From the IMG/VR virus record IMGVR_UViG_3300015263_000962, positions 12,383 through 76,382 of that record: a DNA stretch of 64,000 nt; one strand, 5' to 3'. Numbering within the stretch: position 1 is the first letter of the stretch; every line of letters starts with the position of its first letter. Below, piece by piece: positions 48,908 through 58,246 of this stretch. The position numbers and the translations under genes are program-made. Origin of the DNA: a virus. The notes below the pieces were generated by a model. It ran no database searches. It was not told the origin of the DNA and worked only from the letters and a program-made list of their open reading frames with translations.

Positions 48908-49399
48908 TTATTTGGAGGGCATGTACTCGCCAATTTTCTTCAGGGCCATGAGATTCGAGTCATAAGTCTGGAATTGGCTGGGCAAATACTGATACGACAG
49001 GCGTTCAAATGCGTCCCCAACACCTTCTGGATGCTCGAAATAGACGTACTTCCCCTTCTTGCCAATTACCCGCACTCCGAGGCTCTTGTCTCGGTACTCG
49101 TGCATTAACAAATAGGCGGCAACTCCTAGATCTGTAACCACCTTGTGTGTGTCCTCATTCAGATTTTCCGGTACATACTCGTTGATCTTCTTAAGGAACA
49201 TCAAGCACGAGTCAAATGTATAGAACTCGTTTGGTGGCTGATATTCAAAGATAAGCTTGTCAAACTCGGCTGATTCCTCATCGCTGTTGCACTCGAAGTA
49301 AATCGATCTGCCCCGCTTGCCGACTACAGCGTAGCCGTGCATTAAGATGTAGGCGGCAACCCCGAGATCATTGACAAATTTGTGGATGCTCTCTCCCAT
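48908..49399 (-). CDS. Tandem-duplicated small domain protein (DUF5659-like)
   Basis: Two copies of DLGVAAY.LMH...GK.G...YF....F..L...Y....F.T.DS.LM.LKKI.EY. Confidence 0.7.
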   Translation of the reverse strand: MGESIHKFVNDLGVAAYILMHGYAVVGKRGRSIYFECNSDEESAEFDKLIFEYQPPNEFYTFDSCLMFLKKINEYVPENLNEDTHKVVTDLGVAAYLLMHEYRDKSLGVRVIGKKGKYVYFEHPEGVGDAFERLSYQYLPSQFQTYDSNLMALKKIGEYMPSK

Positions 49400-49641
49400 T
49401 TCTCTTTCCTTTCTTGCTGTTCAAGTTGGGCAAGATACATATGCCAAGCGATGGACTTTTCGATATATCCCTCGTCAACAATTGGCATAACTTTTTCGCC
49501 CTCTGTAAGTGGACCATGATGGTTCTCCCAAGCAAGGCGTATCGGTTCTATGTTGTCCCGAATATGCCATGCTTGGGCATGAACCTTCAATTTGGTGTTG
49601 GTGACGCCCAAACTGGCCGTCACCTTCAGGGTTCCACTCAT
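49342..49641 (-). CDS. Hypothetical protein
   Basis: Overlaps upstream stop; fills operon gap. Confidence 0.4.
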   Translation of the reverse strand: MSGTLKVTASLGVTNTKLKVHAQAWHIRDNIEPIRLAWENHHGPLTEGEKVMPIVDEGYIEKSIAWHMYLAQLEQQERKEKWERASTNLSMISGLPPTS

Positions 49642-50318
49642 TCCGTTGATTCCTCAATATATGAGTGTGATGGTTGGACACTATGAACGTGTTTGTGTCC
49701 TTTTCCTTCAACATCTTTCTTTTCCGGTTTCTTGTCTTCAAGGTCGAGATCTTTGACCTCGGACCTCAGTTCTTCGATGGTTTTCGAAGGCTTCTCCACG
49801 TTGGGAACCTCTTCGACCTTCTCTCCGAACAGTGGATCAAGTTTCTGCTTCATCACGCCAGCGATCACCTCGACCGCTTGCTTATGATTCAACAGGCCAG
49901 CGAGACCCATGTAGCAGTGTTTCACAGAATCAACCGGGATGGTTGTAGGAATGGTGTTGATCCGAATCATCTTGTCAGCAAAGCTGACTGTCATATTCGG
50001 ATACAGTTTCGCCAAAGCCTTACGGATGGCCTGTCGGCCAGAGTCACCGTCTTCAACAATGACGTGGACTTCATCCCAATTGATGATTCCGGCGAGTGCC
50101 AGAAATTCAACTGGATACAGTTCTGCTTGTTCTTCGCCGTGTTCAGCCGTTTGCTGAAATTTCATACGACTCAGAACTGGCATGGCCCACTCAGATGCCG
50201 AAGCGGTATCTTCTTTGTAGGACAGCCCTGCTGGATAATTGTTGTGCCAAATGGCAAACGATTGCCCTTCGGCGAGTCTGTACCGATCAACGTCGGTACT
50301 CTCTGCAAATGAAAACAT
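49638..50318 (-). CDS. Hypothetical protein
   Basis: GAGG RBS; 226 aa. Confidence 0.65.
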   Translation of the reverse strand: MFSFAESTDVDRYRLAEGQSFAIWHNNYPAGLSYKEDTASASEWAMPVLSRMKFQQTAEHGEEQAELYPVEFLALAGIINWDEVHVIVEDGDSGRQAIRKALAKLYPNMTVSFADKMIRINTIPTTIPVDSVKHCYMGLAGLLNHKQAVEVIAGVMKQKLDPLFGEKVEEVPNVEKPSKTIEELRSEVKDLDLEDKKPEKKDVEGKGHKHVHSVQPSHSYIEESTE

Positions 50319-50372
50319 TTTCTACCTCTATTCTGTTACCTAGAAAACCGGCTACCCAACCGGTCTTAATAG

Positions 50373-51395
50373 TTATGCGTTGCCTCCCGAATTTTCCGCA
50401 GCAATTAAGCACCCACGAGCCACAGAATAGACTGGATCACTGGGACGGATCACCCGACCAATATCCACAGGAATCCCCGAATTGCGAACCATCTTCTCGA
50501 AAAACTTATCGAATCCCGGTGGGCTGGCTGTTCCACCAGCAACCACGATGTCGATTGGTTGATCCAGACGAGCGTTCTTATCCTTGTTTTCTTCAAGGCC
50601 CTTCTTCAGTCCGCCGACCGTCTTCTCGATCATCAGTTCGTACTGAGTCTTGATGGCTCGTTCGACGAGTGTGTTGGGTTCTTTGCCCAGATCAATCTTG
50701 GTTTTCTCCTTGTTGATGAAGGCGATGGTCTCGCCAGTTGCTTTAGCAGCCTGACGATCAATCCAGTCACCCGAGTTCACAAGTGCGAAGCTGAAGACCT
50801 CGGCACCGAAGAGGGAGAAGGCCACGTTGACCATACCTGCGCCACAGGAGATGCCGATGCCGGTGAACATCCTGTCGGCCAGTTCTGAGTACACAAGTGC
50901 CATGCCTTCATTGATTGGACGGGCATCGACTCTGTATCCCTCTTCGCTGCTGTATGCCTTAAAGATGGACTCCAGAATCTTACGGTGATAGTCGGCGTCT
51001 GTTTCTTCGTTGATGGCATTGGCCGGAACGGAGTAGTACAGAATCTCTTTGTCGTAAGAGATTTCGCCGAGCAGGCTGTGAATCATGATGTTCATGATCT
51101 GGAAGGCATCCTTTTCCTTCGGATTCACACATCCGTCTTTCATTGGACGTTTCAGATCGATTTGGTTCATGGTGTAGGCCATGTTGATTGCAGCCTCACC
51201 CAACGCATACGCCATGTTGGCGTCTTCACGATGAATCAAGGGCACTCCCGATTTCTTCATCATGTTGAATACGAAGTCGTTCTGGAGTTCCATTTCCAAG
51301 AAAGCATTAACCTCTCTCTTGTAAACAAAATCGCCAGCTTCGTTCCGCTTGCAGCAGATCAAGTTGTATGTTCCGCAGTCGAAACCGATGCTCAT
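50373..51395 (-). CDS. Actin-like ATPase (MreB/ParM superfamily)
   Basis: IGFDCGTYN (phosphate 1), INEGMA, GISCGAGMVN (phosphate 2), VVAGGT (adenosine), VARG. Confidence 0.85.
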   Translation of the reverse strand: MSIGFDCGTYNLICCKRNEAGDFVYKREVNAFLEMELQNDFVFNMMKKSGVPLIHREDANMAYALGEAAINMAYTMNQIDLKRPMKDGCVNPKEKDAFQIMNIMIHSLLGEISYDKEILYYSVPANAINEETDADYHRKILESIFKAYSSEEGYRVDARPINEGMALVYSELADRMFTGIGISCGAGMVNVAFSLFGAEVFSFALVNSGDWIDRQAAKATGETIAFINKEKTKIDLGKEPNTLVERAIKTQYELMIEKTVGGLKKGLEENKDKNARLDQPIDIVVAGGTASPPGFDKFFEKMVRNSGIPVDIGRVIRPSDPVYSVARGCLIAAENSGGNA

Positions 51396-51622
51396 TTTTC
51401 CTCCTTACCGAAATTGAGTTTGACCCCCGATGTGAAATCGGGAATCATGGGTGCGGCCTCATCCTCATCTGGTTGGCTTAAAGCCGTAACCTCAGCATTG
51501 TCAGCCGTAGCTGAGACTTTCCCGTCCACGGTGATGTTGATGTTCAGAGTGATTTCAAGTTCCCCATCTTTGGGAACGACCCGAACAGTCGTCTTTGTTG
51601 GGGGTTTTACAATCTGTGGCAT
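51392..51622 (-). CDS. Small protein coupled to actin-like gene
   Basis: ATGA overlap; TATATA directly upstream. Confidence 0.65.
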   Translation of the reverse strand: MPQIVKPPTKTTVRVVPKDGELEITLNINITVDGKVSATADNAEVTALSQPDEDEAAPMIPDFTSGVKLNFGKEEK

Positions 51623-51637
51623 ACCTTATATAGAGTT

Positions 51638-52636
51638 TCAGAAAGGCCATTTCTGGAACATTGCATCCACCTTCTCCATGATGTCATCCACCGTAATCTC
51701 TGTCAGACAAGGCTTTGGGTTCTCTTTTGTTTTCGTGCAAGCTCCCCAGTTGTAACATGGCCCACAGGTCCATTCTGGGTCTCTCGCCCGGTGTTTCTGT
51801 ACGATGAAACAGTCGAAGTATTGCCCGTACACGAGACCATCGGCGAAGGTGAAGATCCCCGTCAGTGGTTTTCCCATCCCGCCAGCACAGTGAAAGTGGG
51901 CGGTATCCACGCTGATGATGTAGTCGGCCTGATTGATTACTCCCATCCACGGACGCAGCTTCAACCCCTCGATCATCGGCACATCTTCTTTAAGTAATGT
52001 TTCCACCGGTGTACTATGCAAACCGAACACATAGCAGCCACGTTGCCTAAGTTCGTGTACGAGGCCCTTCATCTGATGCTCCATCAGATTTTTGTTGTGC
52101 ATCGCCGAGATCGGACAGAGTGCCACGGACGGCCCATCACAATCTCTGACATCCTCTATCAGCTTCTTGCCAACCGCTTTCTCCTGATCCGTGAGGGAGA
52201 TGTGCATGTTGTGTTTCGTTAGAACAACTCCGCAGTGATTAGCCCAGATATCGCTGCGGTGTTTCCCGGAGTAAGGGGCCATCGCCATTTCGTATCGACC
52301 ACAAGCGGACGTGGTGACGTAAGACACCAGATAATCATGCCGATTGACTTTATCGCAATCCAAAATTTGTGATAGGTATGGGTGGTCGATCAGAGAGTCG
52401 TGGTAGCGGGTTGGACAAGCGAAATGAATCTCGGCGTTTGGATTGATACGCTTGAAATCTTCGAACATCATGCGGTGCATCAGAATATCGCCCAAACCGC
52501 CACAAGCTCGCATGATGAGCACTTTGTTCCGCTTGTCGTAGAATTCCCGGAGGTTCAGCGTCCGAGTCAGCTTCTCGGGCCTGCGGTATTCAGTTCTGCG
52601 ACGAACTACACGACTTTTTTGTTGTACAACCGGCAT
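51638..52636 (-). CDS. GT9 (heptosyltransferase-like) glycosyltransferase
   Basis: GGLGDIL, ISVDTAHFHCAG, CGPC...PCL. Confidence 0.85.
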   Translation of the reverse strand: MPVVQQKSRVVRRRTEYRRPEKLTRTLNLREFYDKRNKVLIMRACGGLGDILMHRMMFEDFKRINPNAEIHFACPTRYHDSLIDHPYLSQILDCDKVNRHDYLVSYVTTSACGRYEMAMAPYSGKHRSDIWANHCGVVLTKHNMHISLTDQEKAVGKKLIEDVRDCDGPSVALCPISAMHNKNLMEHQMKGLVHELRQRGCYVFGLHSTPVETLLKEDVPMIEGLKLRPWMGVINQADYIISVDTAHFHCAGGMGKPLTGIFTFADGLVYGQYFDCFIVQKHRARDPEWTCGPCYNWGACTKTKENPKPCLTEITVDDIMEKVDAMFQKWPF

Positions 52637-52666
52637 GTTGTATAAGAGTGCCAGTGCAAAAAAAGA

Positions 52667-52690
52667 GGCGAAGCCCCGAGGGACTTCGCC
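52667..52690 (-). terminator. Terminator hairpin
   Basis: ggcgaag/cttcgcc with A-run. Confidence 0.65.
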
Positions 52691-52719
52691 AATGTAGATT
52701 TTTCAGTTTGACACAGTGA

Positions 52720-53331
52720 TTAGCTGTTGCAGACCGAGCGGATCGATGCGATCCAAGACACATCAGGTGTGCCAGCACCGGCAGCCAGTTTGAGCAACGT
52801 AATCGACAAGTCTCCGTTGTTGAAGATCTGTGTTTCGCCGGGGTTCAAGGTGAAGGTGATGTTGACATCGCCGTTCAACTGTCCCGTGACTACCTGAGTA
52901 GCGTCGAGGTTCTGAACCTGCAAGAAGCGGGCTGCACCACCGTAGGTCGTCACGAAGTCGATGACCGTGTTGTCCAACGTGGTGTCCAGAGTTTCGGTTG
53001 CACCAGCAGCGAATACGTTCTCTTCTGCAACGTCGCTGTAGATTGAACCGTCATCTGAGACCACTTCGATGAAGGAGAACTCTGCCGAAACCTGCGGTAC
53101 TGCGAATCTCTTCCAGTAGTTGCAGTCCGTGAAGGTTTCACCGTCCTTCAGAAGTCTGTATGTACGATTTGGGCCAGCAACAAACATCTGTCGCTGGAGG
53201 GACACCGAGATCGGATCGCCCAAGTCGCCGTAGAGGCCGTTACCGGTTCCCGCTGCGAGTGGGTGAGTCGATGGATCAAGGTCCAAAAGACCCTGCTTCA
53301 GTGTTTGCAATTTTACCTTAAAGACTGACAT
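52720..53331 (-). CDS. Putative virion structural protein
   Basis: Own TAGATA box and terminator; T/S/G/beta-rich. Confidence 0.55.
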   Translation of the reverse strand: MSVFKVKLQTLKQGLLDLDPSTHPLAAGTGNGLYGDLGDPISVSLQRQMFVAGPNRTYRLLKDGETFTDCNYWKRFAVPQVSAEFSFIEVVSDDGSIYSDVAEENVFAAGATETLDTTLDNTVIDFVTTYGGAARFLQVQNLDATQVVTGQLNGDVNITFTLNPGETQIFNNGDLSITLLKLAAGAGTPDVSWIASIRSVCNS

Positions 53332-53371
53332 GATTTGTCTCCGTTTGTCTTAAAAGTTCCGTCCGTCAATT

Positions 53372-53980
53372 TTATCTATGCAGCACCACACCATTCGGGA
53401 ACATCGCTTTATACAACCGTGTACCAACCCCAGTAGGCACCAAAGTTGTACGAACGCCTCGGCCCGCCGCTTCGAAGATTTGTGGGCTCTCAACCCCCAC
53501 GACCCAACCTGCTCCCTCGATTCCCGAATCGAAACTAACCGAGAAACCCTTGGCTCTGGCCGTCCTCTCCAGATCGTTTATTTCTTGGGTTCCCAGATTG
53601 CCGGTTGGCAGCACGCTCCGTGTCACGATCACACATTTGTTCGTGGTGGCCTCTGCTTTGTCTGTAACAAACAGATTGGTCATACCTGATTCCACCAGCA
53701 ACTCTTCGATTGGATGAGTTCTCCCATCCGATTTGATTTCTTTGATGTGGGCGAACTCGTGCTTCCGTTCTTTGATCTGACTAATCTTCAGAACGCCGGG
53801 ACAACCTTCAAGCAAATGTACTTTGTCGTCCTTGCAACCAAAGAAGATGTTGAGCCCCTTAAACTCCCGCTCCATCTTCTTCTGCAACAATCGAAGTTGG
53901 ATGAGGTACTCGTCAGCATGGCCGAAGTAACAGATGCAGTAGTGGTCTTTGACTTTGGAGAATTGTGCGTACCCAATCAT
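53372..53980 (-). CDS. Hypothetical protein (possible degenerate glycosyltransferase)
   Basis: Lies in GT cluster; VVGVES..FEAA resembles GT-B C-terminal motif. Confidence 0.5.
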   Translation of the reverse strand: MIGYAQFSKVKDHYCICYFGHADEYLIQLRLLQKKMEREFKGLNIFFGCKDDKVHLLEGCPGVLKISQIKERKHEFAHIKEIKSDGRTHPIEELLVESGMTNLFVTDKAEATTNKCVIVTRSVLPTGNLGTQEINDLERTARAKGFSVSFDSGIEGAGWVVGVESPQIFEAAGRGVRTTLVPTGVGTRLYKAMFPNGVVLHR

Positions 53981-54870
53981 TTCTTGACGAGCCCCTTCAT
54001 GTATTCAAGGTCTGTGAACGATTTGGCTTCGAATTTGTGCGGCCACTTGAATATGTGTTGCATTTCTTCTGCCGTGAAAATTTCGTTCATCACATCTTTG
54101 GGTTCCTTGATCGCAATGAAGAATTTTCCTCGTCGCTCTCTCGGTATCTCGGACTGAACTCCGTGATAGTTCAGGTGAATCATCTTAATCAACCTCCAAT
54201 CTATATCTGCGTTTTCTGACAGTTCGTGAAACCAGATCAGGTGCCAGTTTTCGTAGTTCGACCACTTAGAGAATTTGAAATCGAACTTCTTTAAGATGTA
54301 TTTCGACACAGCCTCTTCATGAAAGATTGGCGGACAGGGATGGGCGACTTGAATCACTTCATCACGAATCACCGGACTGTGACAACCAGCGATGCACATT
54401 GAGGCCCATGTTTCCATGAAACGCTGGCTCTGAGATTCTCGTTTGTCAAAGTAGAACAATCCGATGTTTTGTGTCATCGAGATTTTCGATAGATCGCCGA
54501 ACAAGGGAAAGATGTGCTTCATAAAAATTGTATCGGAGTCGGCATGGATGATGATGTTCTCCGGGATGTTGTTCATGAGCCACAACAATGCCTCTGGCCT
54601 CGACAACATCTGCGGATAGAGATCGGCATTTTGAGGCTTTCTCATTCGGCTCTCGCTCTTTTTCAAGATCCAGTCTCTCTGCACTACCTTAAAATTCAGA
54701 CGATTGGGCCAATTCCCCCAATCTGAGTGTTCCATGTCGATGACATAGATTGGCACATCCTTGTGAAAATACCGAAAGGTGGCAATCGACGGAATGATGG
54801 GCGAATACATGTCTCTCGCCGGGTCTTTGGCGTCATTGTGCCAATATGTGTAAATCAACGCTGGTGTCAT
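53977..54870 (-). CDS. Putative GT-A glycosyltransferase
   Basis: IIHADSDTIF DxD motif, NIGLFYF. Confidence 0.6.
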   Translation of the reverse strand: MTPALIYTYWHNDAKDPARDMYSPIIPSIATFRYFHKDVPIYVIDMEHSDWGNWPNRLNFKVVQRDWILKKSESRMRKPQNADLYPQMLSRPEALLWLMNNIPENIIIHADSDTIFMKHIFPLFGDLSKISMTQNIGLFYFDKRESQSQRFMETWASMCIAGCHSPVIRDEVIQVAHPCPPIFHEEAVSKYILKKFDFKFSKWSNYENWHLIWFHELSENADIDWRLIKMIHLNYHGVQSEIPRERRGKFFIAIKEPKDVMNEIFTAEEMQHIFKWPHKFEAKSFTDLEYMKGLVKK

Positions 54871-55005
54871 AACTACCTTATATGAGTGACCAAGAACAAC
54901 AAAAAACCACACTCGCTGCCAGAACGCTACATCGATTCTTCGATCAATTTGGCAACGACGTTCACGCACAAATCCTTCTCGAAGAATTGTTTAAGGGGCT
55001 GATGG

Positions 55006-55365
55006 ATGAAGAGGCTATATTTATATTTGGCAAGCAGGAGCAAGAAGGGAATGAAGCTGATCACAGTGCTCCAGAGCAAGGAGGCGGTGAACGGGAAACT
55101 GGACGACATGACCAGTCTGAATCTTCCCAAGGTCTGGGAACGCAAGATTGCTCAGATTATCCATGACAATCGGATGCTCTACGAGCCACGCCTCGAAACT
55201 GCCAAGGATTTCAACGAACTTCGCAGCCGACTTAAGCATCGAGGATACTCTGATATTCCCATGGGCGCAAATCCAATGCTTGACATGAAAGCCTATGCCA
55301 AAGCACCCGAAGCGAACACCAGTTCCGTCAAAGTACAAAAAACAATGATAAGGAAGAAGAAATGA
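55006..55365 (+). CDS. Basic hypothetical protein
   Basis: Stop overlaps next ATG. Confidence 0.6.
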   Translation: MKRLYLYLASRSKKGMKLITVLQSKEAVNGKLDDMTSLNLPKVWERKIAQIIHDNRMLYEPRLETAKDFNELRSRLKHRGYSDIPMGANPMLDMKAYAKAPEANTSSVKVQKTMIRKKK

Positions 55366-56264
55366 AAGATGATCGCCTAGACGATCCAAGAATGGATTAC
55401 TACAAGGAAGTTTTCAAAGACAGCATTCGGTGGCATCAAGAGGGTTTCCGACCCTATGGACCCGAAGCTACAGACAAGCGGGTTATTGTTTATGGCGAAC
55501 AGGGGTTTGGCGACATCATTCAATTCGCCCGCTACATTCCCGTCTTGAAGGAGAAGTTCGCCGAGCGGAACTTCCAGTTCTCCTTCTATGTTCCCAAAGA
55601 TCTCCATCGTCTGTTTGAGTGTTTGGGAGTCACTCTGTTGGATAAAGACGACCCAAACCTCCCAGATCACGACTTCCATGTGCTGGCTATGGACCTGCCT
55701 TTCTTATTGCAGGTCATTGACGTGAAGTTCCCGTATCTGACTGTCAACGAAACAGCAGAAGTTGACCCAGTACCCGAAGGCGTCAAGCGGATTGGGATCG
55801 CATGGGAAGGAAACCCGAATCACACAAATTCAGAGCATAGAGATTGCCCTCTGAAATACTTTAAGTGTCTGGATCATGAATTGATCCATCTCTACATGCT
55901 TCAAAAAGAAGCACACGACCCTCGGCTCCTAGAGGGTGCCGAAGATATGAATCTGTATGGGTATGAGATCAAGGATTTCTATGATACCGCCAAACTCATC
56001 AATGCTATGGATGCAGTGGTGACAGTAGACACATCTGTTCTTCATCTGGCTGGTGCCATGAACAAGCTGACCTACGCCCTGCTGCCACAAGAACGTGATC
56101 CTCGCTGGGATGTCCACAACTGGTATCACAGCGTCGTATTCATTAAGCAGAACCGACCGAGCGATTGGACAGCCGCTTTCATCGCCACCATTAAGATGAT
56201 GACAGGTCAGATGTTTAAGTCGGTTTCTCCAGATGAAGATGTGCTCAATCAGGTATTGAGCTAA
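55362..56264 (+). CDS. GT9-like glycosyltransferase domain protein
   Basis: EQGFGDIIQFARY, IGIAWEGNP, VTVDTSVLHLAGAM. Confidence 0.85.
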   Translation: MKDDRLDDPRMDYYKEVFKDSIRWHQEGFRPYGPEATDKRVIVYGEQGFGDIIQFARYIPVLKEKFAERNFQFSFYVPKDLHRLFECLGVTLLDKDDPNLPDHDFHVLAMDLPFLLQVIDVKFPYLTVNETAEVDPVPEGVKRIGIAWEGNPNHTNSEHRDCPLKYFKCLDHELIHLYMLQKEAHDPRLLEGAEDMNLYGYEIKDFYDTAKLINAMDAVVTVDTSVLHLAGAMNKLTYALLPQERDPRWDVHNWYHSVVFIKQNRPSDWTAAFIATIKMMTGQMFKSVSPDEDVLNQVLS

Positions 56265-56303
56265 AACCATACAAGTGATACACTATTGCCAAGGAGGTGC
56301 CTT

Positions 56304-57782
56304 ATGTTTCAAGGAAAGAACCTAATCAACGGCGAATGGACATCTGACAAGTCCAGTTTCGAAGCCGTCAACCCCTCAACTGAGCTAATCTACGGGACGT
56401 TTCCCAACTCAGGCGAGGCAACTGTCAAAAGTGCGGTAGCTGCCGCCCGAGCGGCATTCGCCACTTGGAAAAAGGAAAGCCGAGTTCGTCGAGGAGAGTT
56501 GTTTGACAAGCTCGCCCAATTGCTTAAGAGGGACCATGAGCGAATCCGAGACGCCATCTCAATCGAGACCGGGAAGAATCTTAACGAATCCCACGCAGAG
56601 GTCATCGAGGCCCTCCACATGTGCCAGTTCGCTGCTGCATCTGGAAGAGAGCCACATGGACAGTGTGTTGCGTCCGAACTTCCTACGAAGGACGCCTACG
56701 TCGTCAGGAAGCCTCGTGGCGTTGTTGCTGTTATCTCTCCTTGGAACTTCCCTGCCGCTATTGGCTCTTTTTGGAGTTCCGCTCCTGCTCTCGTGGAAGG
56801 TAACTGCGTCGTTCACAAACCTTCTGAACTTACCCCAATGGTCAACCAGATCATCGCTGAACTCTATGAGGAAGCAGGATTCCCCGCAGGAGTCTTTAAT
56901 CTCGTTCATGGTGATGGGGGTGCTGGTGCGGTTCTGGTGAGATCTGAGGTGGATGTCATCCTCTTCACCGGATCAGCGGAAGTCGGTCAAGACATCCGCA
57001 AGCATTGTGCTGAGACCCATTCCAAAACTTGTAGTATCGAATGTGGCTCCAAATCCGCCACAATCGTCTTTGAAGACGGCGATCTCGATCTGGCCCTAGA
57101 TGCCACCGTCGCCTCTTCCTTCAAGCTGAGCGGCCAGCGGTGCGTTTCTTCGAGCCGAATTCTCATCCAGAGATCCATCTTCGATGGATTCAAGGACAAG
57201 TATGTGGAGCGAGTGCAGAACCTTATCACTGGCGATCCTTTCAGCGAAGGCCCTCCATTCTACGGCCCGCTGATCTCAGAAGAACAGATGAACAAGGTGC
57301 TCGACTTCAACCATCTGGCACGCAACGATGCCGACACTACCGTCTATTTGGGTGGTGGACGAGCACAGAATCCAGATGGCAGCGTCAAGGGCTGGTTCTT
57401 GCGTCCCTTTGTGTATAGCTGCGAGTGGGCCGACAAGCCATTCTTGAAGCAGGAAGTCTTCGGGCCACACGTCGCCTTGATTCCCTTTGATACGCTCGAA
57501 GACGCCATCCGCATCTACAACGATACAGACTATGGGCTTGCCTTGGGGGCAATCACAGATGATTACCGCAAGCATCGAGTGCTGGCCCAAGAATGTACCA
57601 CTGGGATGCTCTATATCAACGGAGGCAGCATCGCTGCCGAGAGCCATCTTCCGTTCTCAAGTTGGAAGAAGAGTGGCTACGGGGCCAGTGCGGCAGCCAC
57701 ATGGAAGGCTGTGACGCACACCATGGCGGTGACGGTCAATTACGAGTCTGGCAAAGTCAGTTGGGCTCAGGGAATGAAGTAG
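56304..57782 (+). CDS. Aldehyde dehydrogenase
   Basis: ISPWNFP, KPSELTP, FTGSAEVG, ECGSK, SGQRC, EVFGP. Confidence 0.95.
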   Translation: MFQGKNLINGEWTSDKSSFEAVNPSTELIYGTFPNSGEATVKSAVAAARAAFATWKKESRVRRGELFDKLAQLLKRDHERIRDAISIETGKNLNESHAEVIEALHMCQFAAASGREPHGQCVASELPTKDAYVVRKPRGVVAVISPWNFPAAIGSFWSSAPALVEGNCVVHKPSELTPMVNQIIAELYEEAGFPAGVFNLVHGDGGAGAVLVRSEVDVILFTGSAEVGQDIRKHCAETHSKTCSIECGSKSATIVFEDGDLDLALDATVASSFKLSGQRCVSSSRILIQRSIFDGFKDKYVERVQNLITGDPFSEGPPFYGPLISEEQMNKVLDFNHLARNDADTTVYLGGGRAQNPDGSVKGWFLRPFVYSCEWADKPFLKQEVFGPHVALIPFDTLEDAIRIYNDTDYGLALGAITDDYRKHRVLAQECTTGMLYINGGSIAAESHLPFSSWKKSGYGASAAATWKAVTHTMAVTVNYESGKVSWAQGMK

Positions 57783-57790
57783 GAGGACAA

Positions 57791-58246
57791 TTGGCTTTCA
57801 CTGTTGAATTCCGGGAGCCGATCTATGATTCAGGGACACACCAATGGATCTTGATCGGCTCTCTGGATCTTAAGATCGATGAGCGGCACTATCGCACTCT
57901 CACCAAGAAACTTTGGTTGTCACAAGAAGCACGCTTCAATGAAGGGTGGTTCTTGCAGGCAAAGCGAACGATTCGTGAAGAGTTGGAACAAAGGGCAAAG
58001 CGGGAACTGGCTGCCATGTTGCAGCATCGGCCTCCGCAAGAAGTTGCCACGTTTGAACGCATCAGCATTCCGTTGGTCCGTCGCATCTATCCACAGTTGA
58101 TTGCCTCACAGATCGTCGGTGTTCAGCCGTTGTCTGGGCCGACATCTTTGACCTTCTATGAACGATTCAGATATTCAGGCAATCGAGGCGGCTGCATCGT
58201 CAAGGAAGCTATCGAGCAAGTCAACTGGAAGACAGAGGGTTTTTGA
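57791..58246 (+). CDS. Protein with MCP 64-110 (Gol-region) copy and NWKTEGF tail
   Basis: AGGAGG RBS, TTG start; 36/47 aa identical to own MCP. Confidence 0.85.
   Translation: MAFTVEFREPIYDSGTHQWILIGSLDLKIDERHYRTLTKKLWLSQEARFNEGWFLQAKRTIREELEQRAKRELAAMLQHRPPQEVATFERISIPLVRRIYPQLIASQIVGVQPLSGPTSLTFYERFRYSGNRGGCIVKEAIEQVNWKTEGF

Noticed and set aside
54882-55166. 94-aa ORF overlapping 55006-55365
   Set aside because: 160-nt same-strand overlap with a better-coupled ORF; cannot decide whether it is real
57593-57790. Longer 217-aa version of the Gol-fragment ORF
   Set aside because: Overlaps ALDH; the AGGAGG RBS supports the TTG start at 57791
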